The position numbers were made by a program, and so were the translations under genes. The notes under the pieces are model-generated. The model saw only the letters and a program-made list of their open reading frames with translations. It did not search any database and was not told where the DNA came from. Of a stretch of 64,000 bases of DNA, positions 58,858-64,000 are shown piece after piece. Location: NCBI GenBank assembly GCA_043228905.1, contig JBHGNT010000017.1, positions 9,486,001 through 9,550,000 of the forward strand. Direction: 5' to 3'. The first letter of the stretch is position 1, and each line of letters starts with the position of its first letter. The stretch is from Azolla caroliniana (Eukaryota > Plantae > Polypodiophyta).

Positions 58858-61557
58858 ATGGAACCACAAACGCTGTCGGAAGCGGCCAGGAAATGGTTCA
58901 GGCAACACGGACTGGAGGGCTTCTTGGCCATCATGGAAGCACCACCGCACAGAGAAGCCGACCAGGTCATCAAGGAGCTCGACAAGGAAGTCATCACCGA
59001 GGAAGCGATCCGTGCGCTAACAGGCCTTCCGGAGGGAGGAATTTTTCAGATTGATAATCCAACCTCGGAGCAACTCACCCGATATTTCGGTGAGTACTCT
59101 GTTGCCGGCAAAGGCTATCGAACGCAGGGCGGCGAAGATCCGCTGTTCAGGGAGATAGCTCGAGTGCTCCATGAGTACGGCCACGTGTACCCCCGACCCC
59201 CTGTCATGCCAAAAAATCGGGCAGGGATGATCATAGCCACCTATGAAGGGACCAAGGTGGATTGGCCGGTGTTGATTGCAGACGGTTTGTGCGTGGCAAT
59301 CGACATGGTACGAGGAAAGGACGGCAAGGAGGGCCGGAAGCTGTGGCATGCCGTCGCTCAGTGGATAACATTGCTCGTGCCGCCGGTCGAGACCGTTCAG
59401 CCAAAGAAGCGGCCAAGAGTATCGGAAGGAAGCACCTCGAAGCCGGCGTCCAAACGACAGCAGCTGCTGGCGTCGAAGGCGACGAAAGGGAAGAAACGGG
59501 TCCCAGAACCGGAGGAGGTGTCACCGGTCCGACCCGTCAAGATAACCTTACGGAGACCGGGACAGAAGGAACCGGAACCCTTGACGGCACAGAAACATGC
59601 CGTGACACAGGAAGAGGAAACGGAGGAGCCAGAAGAGCACCTCCAACGACGGTCAAGAAGTAGGGCCGCCGAGACAGGAGGGGAGCGGTCGTACCCGCGA
59701 GAGGCAGAAACGCCCCCAACTCAACCTGAGCAAACCACAAGGGAAGAACCGGAACCGGTGCGTAGGGAACCGGTCTTGTCGACTTCTATAGAAGAAGTCA
59801 GTCCAACGGCTCCGGAGACGGCGAGAACCGGAACTCAACAGCCGGCGAGCCCAGCCAGAGCACACGGCGGCCAAGGAGTAGAACCAGAACGGCATATGCA
59901 GGCACTCAGGCCAGACAATTCCACAGGGAATGAGCCGACCCGACCAGTACAGCAACAAGGCACCAGTAGCATGTGGCTACGGTGGGTAGGCGAGCAAATC
60001 GCCGGAGCGGTCGAGTATATAGAGGCGGAAGAGAGAGCGCACCAGGAACGGTTGCTCGTCACAACCGTAGATCTAGAGACGGCCCGGTCCAGAATCCGGA
60101 GCCTTGAACAAGACTTGGACAGGGTCACAAGGGAAATGGCTCAATTCGCTTTGACAACACAAGTCCAAGCACCGGTGACTCCGGGCAATGTACAGAATAA
60201 AGTGTCAAATCAACCTGTACATAGCAATCAGACCCCGGCAACGGAAACCGTTCCGGAGAGAAATGCGGCACAAGCCCAAGAGCTTGCGGATTTAAAGGAT
60301 GAGCTAGCTGCCCAAGAAGCGCTGAGGAGCCGCGAAAGAGAATTGAAGACGGCAGCGGAGGCAGAACTCAAAAAGACTGCTGAGAATCTACGCCGGGCCG
60401 AGGAGAGCTTACGGAAAGGCCACCAAGCGTACGACCGGCTCAAGGAGGAGAAGGAGAAAATGCTGCAAGAGAAGGAGAGGCTCCGGAGGAACGCCGAAAC
60501 AGAAGTAGAGCGCCTGAAAGAGGAACTCCGGCAGGTAAAGGACCGGGAGGACCGGAACCATCGCCAGATCAACGGCAAGCTCAAACAAAAAACGGAGGAA
60601 TTTGAGCAATTGCACCGGGAGTATAAACGGTTGCAAATGGAGCACAAGGAACGGACGGATGAGCTCCGGCAAGCAGTTGATCGGACCGCAACCGCATTCG
60701 CCAAGGAACAAGCGGAAAACAGAAGACGGTTGGAAGAGGCGGAGAAGGTTCGGACAGAGCTCCTCAGGCAACAGCAGGCGGAAAAAGAAAGAGCGGCGGA
60801 GGTACTGCAGAGGCTGCAAACAACATATCAAGGGCAGCTGACGCGCTACAGAGAGCAGGCGGAGGATACGGCAAACCTCATCAAGCAGTTGAAGGAGGAG
60901 CGACAAGTGGTGGAAAGCAGAGCGCAAATGGGAGCAAGTCGCATCCAGGATATAATGCGGGCCTGGTTGAACCAGACCAAGAGCTTGATTGACAACGGTT
61001 CCGTCAAATGGTGGACCAAGTGGGCCACGAACGCGGCGGAACTCCAATTGCTCCGGGCCGACGTAGAGAACCGGCGGAAGGAGGGAGATGATTGCTATAT
61101 GCTGAATTCTGAAGATTTTACCGGCATAAGAGATGAGCTGGCCGAAGACTTTCAAGCCTTGGCAGAGGACCAACTAGAGCAAGTCCGGCAACTTGTAGCT
61201 CAGCTGGACGACGACAGGCTGGAGGCGCAGATCCAGTTTGAAAGCTACGAGAGGTCCCGGATCCGGGGAGAGAAAGAACGAGAACCAGTTACGGTCAACC
61301 TCAGTGATGAGGAACCCTTACTGGAAGGAGACCGGACCGGAAGCAGTCAAACGGAGATGCCGGAGCCAGAGAGACAAACGGAGCAGCCGGAGTCAGCGAA
61401 ACAAACGGAGCAGCAGCAGCAAGCAGAGCAGCCGGAGCAGCCTCAGTCCCAACCGCAACCACAGCAGCAGCAGCAAGCACAGCCGCAACAACCACAACCG
61501 GAAGAACAAGTGGAAATTCTTGAACAAAGTAATTTGGACAATTTGGGTGAACAATGA
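58858..61557 (+). CDS. Extra ORF after pol (899 aa from first plausible ATG): N-terminal globular domain, low-complexity linker, long coiled coil, conserved C-terminal motif
   Basis: Open frame; homologous remnants in three other copies in the window; ends 52 nt before the 3' LTR. Confidence 0.85.
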   Translation: MEPQTLSEAARKWFRQHGLEGFLAIMEAPPHREADQVIKELDKEVITEEAIRALTGLPEGGIFQIDNPTSEQLTRYFGEYSVAGKGYRTQGGEDPLFREIARVLHEYGHVYPRPPVMPKNRAGMIIATYEGTKVDWPVLIADGLCVAIDMVRGKDGKEGRKLWHAVAQWITLLVPPVETVQPKKRPRVSEGSTSKPASKRQQLLASKATKGKKRVPEPEEVSPVRPVKITLRRPGQKEPEPLTAQKHAVTQEEETEEPEEHLQRRSRSRAAETGGERSYPREAETPPTQPEQTTREEPEPVRREPVLSTSIEEVSPTAPETARTGTQQPASPARAHGGQGVEPERHMQALRPDNSTGNEPTRPVQQQGTSSMWLRWVGEQIAGAVEYIEAEERAHQERLLVTTVDLETARSRIRSLEQDLDRVTREMAQFALTTQVQAPVTPGNVQNKVSNQPVHSNQTPATETVPERNAAQAQELADLKDELAAQEALRSRERELKTAAEAELKKTAENLRRAEESLRKGHQAYDRLKEEKEKMLQEKERLRRNAETEVERLKEELRQVKDREDRNHRQINGKLKQKTEEFEQLHREYKRLQMEHKERTDELRQAVDRTATAFAKEQAENRRRLEEAEKVRTELLRQQQAEKERAAEVLQRLQTTYQGQLTRYREQAEDTANLIKQLKEERQVVESRAQMGASRIQDIMRAWLNQTKSLIDNGSVKWWTKWATNAAELQLLRADVENRRKEGDDCYMLNSEDFTGIRDELAEDFQALAEDQLEQVRQLVAQLDDDRLEAQIQFESYERSRIRGEKEREPVTVNLSDEEPLLEGDRTGSSQTEMPEPERQTEQPESAKQTEQQQQAEQPEQPQSQPQPQQQQQAQPQQPQPEEQVEILEQSNLDNLGEQ

Positions 61558-61567
61558 AGGGGCCGAG

Positions 61568-61609
61568 AAGGGTTCGACGTACAAGGTACTGTCCCACGGG
61601 CGTGCCATG
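61568..61609 (+). other. tRNA-Arg-like 3'-end motif (inverted PBS) occupying the PPT position
   Basis: GGGTTCGA-CGTACAAGGTACT-GTCCCACGGGCGTGCCA-TG-|TGTT; homologous motifs at the other three 3'-LTR junctions. Confidence 0.8.
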
Positions 61610-62028
61610 TGTTACCGGCCGGCAAGGAGTCCAAAATACGGAGTGAAGGAATTAATTAGATATGGTTGTAAATGAGCATAGTGTGGACGGACGGACTGGA
61701 AACGGTATGCCGTTCCAGATCCGGACGGATCCCGAATAGGTGCGAGAGGCACCGTTTTGTACTACGGGCCGGAAACCTATTTAAAGGCCCGGACCCCATT
61801 GTAATGACAGCGGATAATTAATAGAGCTTATGTTGTTTATACTTCTGTCTTGATTTCCGTTCTGTAATTACTGTTATATCTTACGCGTGTAATTAACCGA
61901 AGCATTCTAATCGTGTAACCTATGTAAGTCGGTATAATCGTTGAATCTTAATCCTATGCCGTAATCACCCTTTGGTGAAGTGTCTCCGTGACACCTTGTG
62001 TTAGGCCTTGTCCGGCTAGAGAATAACA
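61610..62028 (+). repeat. 3' LTR of element E
   Basis: TGTTACCGG..AATAACA; its first 134 bp match 52528-52661; followed by the TSD. Confidence 0.93.
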
Positions 62029-62852
62029 CCGACATCTTCACCAAGATGTTCGGATCAGACAAGTTGCAACACTTTACCGACATGCTTGGTATTCAGCATC
62101 TCGACGTGACGCACTTGAGGGGGAGAAGCAAGGGCAAAGTCTCTACCGAAACAGGCAAAGGCCAAAAAAATGTTGAACCCGTCGGTAAGAGGAGAGCCGG
62201 AAGAAGAGGAGACAAGAAGATGAAGGAAGCTGAGTCGACAAAGGAAGTCGACACATCCGAACAGGTCGGAGCAAGCAGCTGTGAAGAAGAATTGTGCACT
62301 CAGGAAGAGAAGTGCATGTTGTGCGGAGGTCATCACGACGGTACTGACCATGATGCGGAGTCGAATGAAGAATTCGATTTCGGTTCACCGGCTGAAGAAG
62401 TTGAGGGAAGCATGGAGAAGGCCAAGACTCGGAAGTGGTCCGATGTGGTGAGAGGCCTAAAGCCGGAAGTCGAATCGGAGTGTACCGATTCGGACAAGAG
62501 CTGGAACGAGTCGGAGACAGCTGACTCGGATCAACAGATGGATCCGGATGAGTCGGATCGACTGAAGGACAAGGGGACACGGACACAGCGGAAGTCGATG
62601 CCATCGTGGGAGAACCGACGGATCGGCAAGCGCCGGAGTCACAGCAACGTGAGTGCTGAGATGGGCCTATTGAGCAGACATGCCGACCGAGAGGGTCGAG
62701 GTGCGCAGAACCAAAGGGGTCGCGGCAAACGGAACCGGACCGGACGAGGAGCGCGAGCAAGGCGGAGTGACGCCAGGAGAAGTCGGTTGGAAGAACCGAT
62801 TGACACAAAGGTCGACACTACGACCCCACCTCAGGTTGAGCTTGAGGGGGAG

Positions 62853-63181
62853 TGTTGAGCGGCAAGCTCAACCGGAGCCGGATCGGCTGAATAAGCCGGA
62901 GCCGGTAAGTGAGACGGATCGGGTGAAACGGATTGGTATGACGGTGAGCAACCGAACCGGCAAGCAGTGGAGGCCGGGTGCAATCCGTAATCGGAAGTCC
63001 AATCGGAAGCCTAGTATAGGATAGACTACTAGGTAGCTATAGTCTCGTAGTAAGTGTTAGATGCTCGTGTGAGCATTGAAGTACATGGTACTTCTGTCAG
63101 TCCCAAGAGGACTTGTATAAATAGTGCTACTTAGCATAGTGTGTGTACAGAGTTTTGATATAATTTTGAAATTGTGTTCTG

Positions 63182-63232
<51 letters not shown>

Positions 63233-63259
63233 GTTCTCTGTTTTACGCTTCCGCAAACA
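62853..63259 (+). repeat. 3' LTR of the nested copia, includes (GT)n at 63185-63230
   Basis: TGTTGAG after the PPT; ends CAAACA where host RT sequence resumes. Confidence 0.8.
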
Positions 63260-63266
63260 CTTACGT

Positions 63267-63989
63267 TCACAAGGGGCCACACAAATGCCCCACAATCCAC
63301 ACTTCAAATCTACCAAAACTTGATTTTTCTCTAGAAATTTTCAAATGTGCCTCCTCTAAATTCTTCAATATGTCTTCACAGTCTACTTTATGATCTAAGA
63401 CGAATTTCCGACATCCATCCGATCCAACTTCTTCATCCTTCTCCTCTTCTAGAAATCCTTTAATCAGAATGTCATCCAAGAAAGGCATTGTTCGATGAGG
63501 AATGTGATCCCTGAGCACCTTATTCATTGTGTTCATCATATGAGCGACAGAATTAGTTGCGCCTTGTGGTAAAGTACACATTCGAACCAGCCCAATAGGT
63601 GTACGCATTATAGTAATATCCCTACTATCCAAAGCAAGCTGAAATTGATCATATCCGGAATATAAATCAACCATGGAGTAGATAGCTCTACCTGCAAAAG
63701 TTTCTGCGAAGGAATCCACGACGGGACCAACTCCTGAATTCCGAATCGTTACTTTGTTAACTGGTTGGAGATCTTGAATGAACCTGAGAGATCCATTCTT
63801 TTTTGGTACTGTAAACCACCGGTTAGAATACGGAGCATTCGAAGGCTCCAAGATACCCATCCACACCTTCTCTTTTAGCAACTGAATGAGTTTCGGAATA
63901 TGAGCTCTTGGAACAGGAATTGGTTTCAAGTCCCAAGGCATATGAGGGACAATAAAGATAATCATTGGCTCCACCAGTTGTGGGTCCAC
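63267..63989 (-). pseudogene. Reverse transcriptase of Phygy-like element, interrupted by copia
   Basis: PWDLKPIPVP, YSNRWFTVPKKNGSLRFIQDLQPVN, DLYSGYDQ, LPQGATNS, FLDD. Confidence 0.9.
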
Positions 63990-64000
63990 ACAACCTATCT

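Larger units (their letters stand above)
52528..62028 (+). mobile_element. Athila/OTA-like Ty3 LTR retrotransposon (copy E) with long open pol and extra ORF; gag region lost in a gap or foreign insert
   Basis: TSD CCGAC at 52523-52527 and 62029-62033. The 5' LTR start 52528-52661 matches the 3' LTR 61610-62028. Confidence 0.92.
47141..63259 (+). mobile_element. 5'-deleted Ty1/copia element (PR-INT-RT-RH, extended C-terminus, 3' LTR 62853-63259) carrying two nested insertions
   Basis: WYVDSGASNHMT, IHSDVWG, RSDGGKE, QMDV|KNAFL, YVDD and QVAD|IFTK are rejoined across the insertions. PPT GAGGGGGAG at 62844-62852. Scattered stops. Confidence 0.9.
45250..64000 (-). mobile_element. Phygy-like Ty3 element: 3' LTR 45250-46620, PPT, integrase tail, internal deletion plus nested copia, RT running off the window
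   Basis: LTR with TGTCGTGAAGAT..ATCTTCACGACA ends. G-rich tract GGTTTGGTGGGGGTGGA at 46621-46637. INT tail RRWFGPY..YHLAELDG and RT at 63267-63989 on the same strand. Linking both ends to one element is inferred. Confidence 0.65.

Noticed and set aside
58558-61557. Env gene / endogenous retrovirus
   Set aside because: No signal peptide or hydrophobic transmembrane segment; the protein is charged and coiled-coil. The first 100 codons of the track ORF precede the region homologous to other copies.
61556-61572. Purine-rich stretch as the PPT of element E
   Set aside because: It is interrupted by CC, lies about 40 nt from the LTR and is not conserved in the other copies.
61540-61607. Complete tRNA cloverleaf upstream of the 3' LTR
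   Set aside because: Only T-arm and 3' acceptor-strand similarity is visible; no 5' half was found, so a full tRNA mimic is not claimed.

Overview
Eukaryotic, land-plant DNA (the retroelement mix suggests a non-seed plant; this is inference). About 90% of the window is nested retrotransposons surrounding one host gene, a 9-exon 20S proteasome beta-1 subunit (PBA1, minus strand, 22434-27076, one GC-AG intron). The window holds an intact young Ty1/copia (identical LTRs, 5-bp TSD), degraded copia and LINE pieces, two Tcn1-like chromovirus-type elements (heat-shock elements, Tf1-type self-priming signature), Phygy-like elements and several copies of an Athila/OTA-like Ty3 family with a large extra ORF after pol. 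Two observations stand out. (1) In all four visible 3'-LTR junctions of the Athila-like family the polypurine tract is absent. In its place is a sense copy of a tRNA-Arg-like 3' end (..GTCCCAC-GGGCGTG-CCA, 2 nt, then the LTR TG), split by a co-varying hairpin; this amounts to a second, inverted PBS and suggests tRNA priming of both strands or self-priming. (2) A 2-kb non-coding element with TG..CA ends and a 5-bp TSD has INVERTED ~490-bp LTR-like arms and carries an Arg-type PBS. There is a 100-N assembly gap at 52662-52761. All alignments were done by eye and tRNA identities are recalled from general knowledge, so they need computational confirmation.
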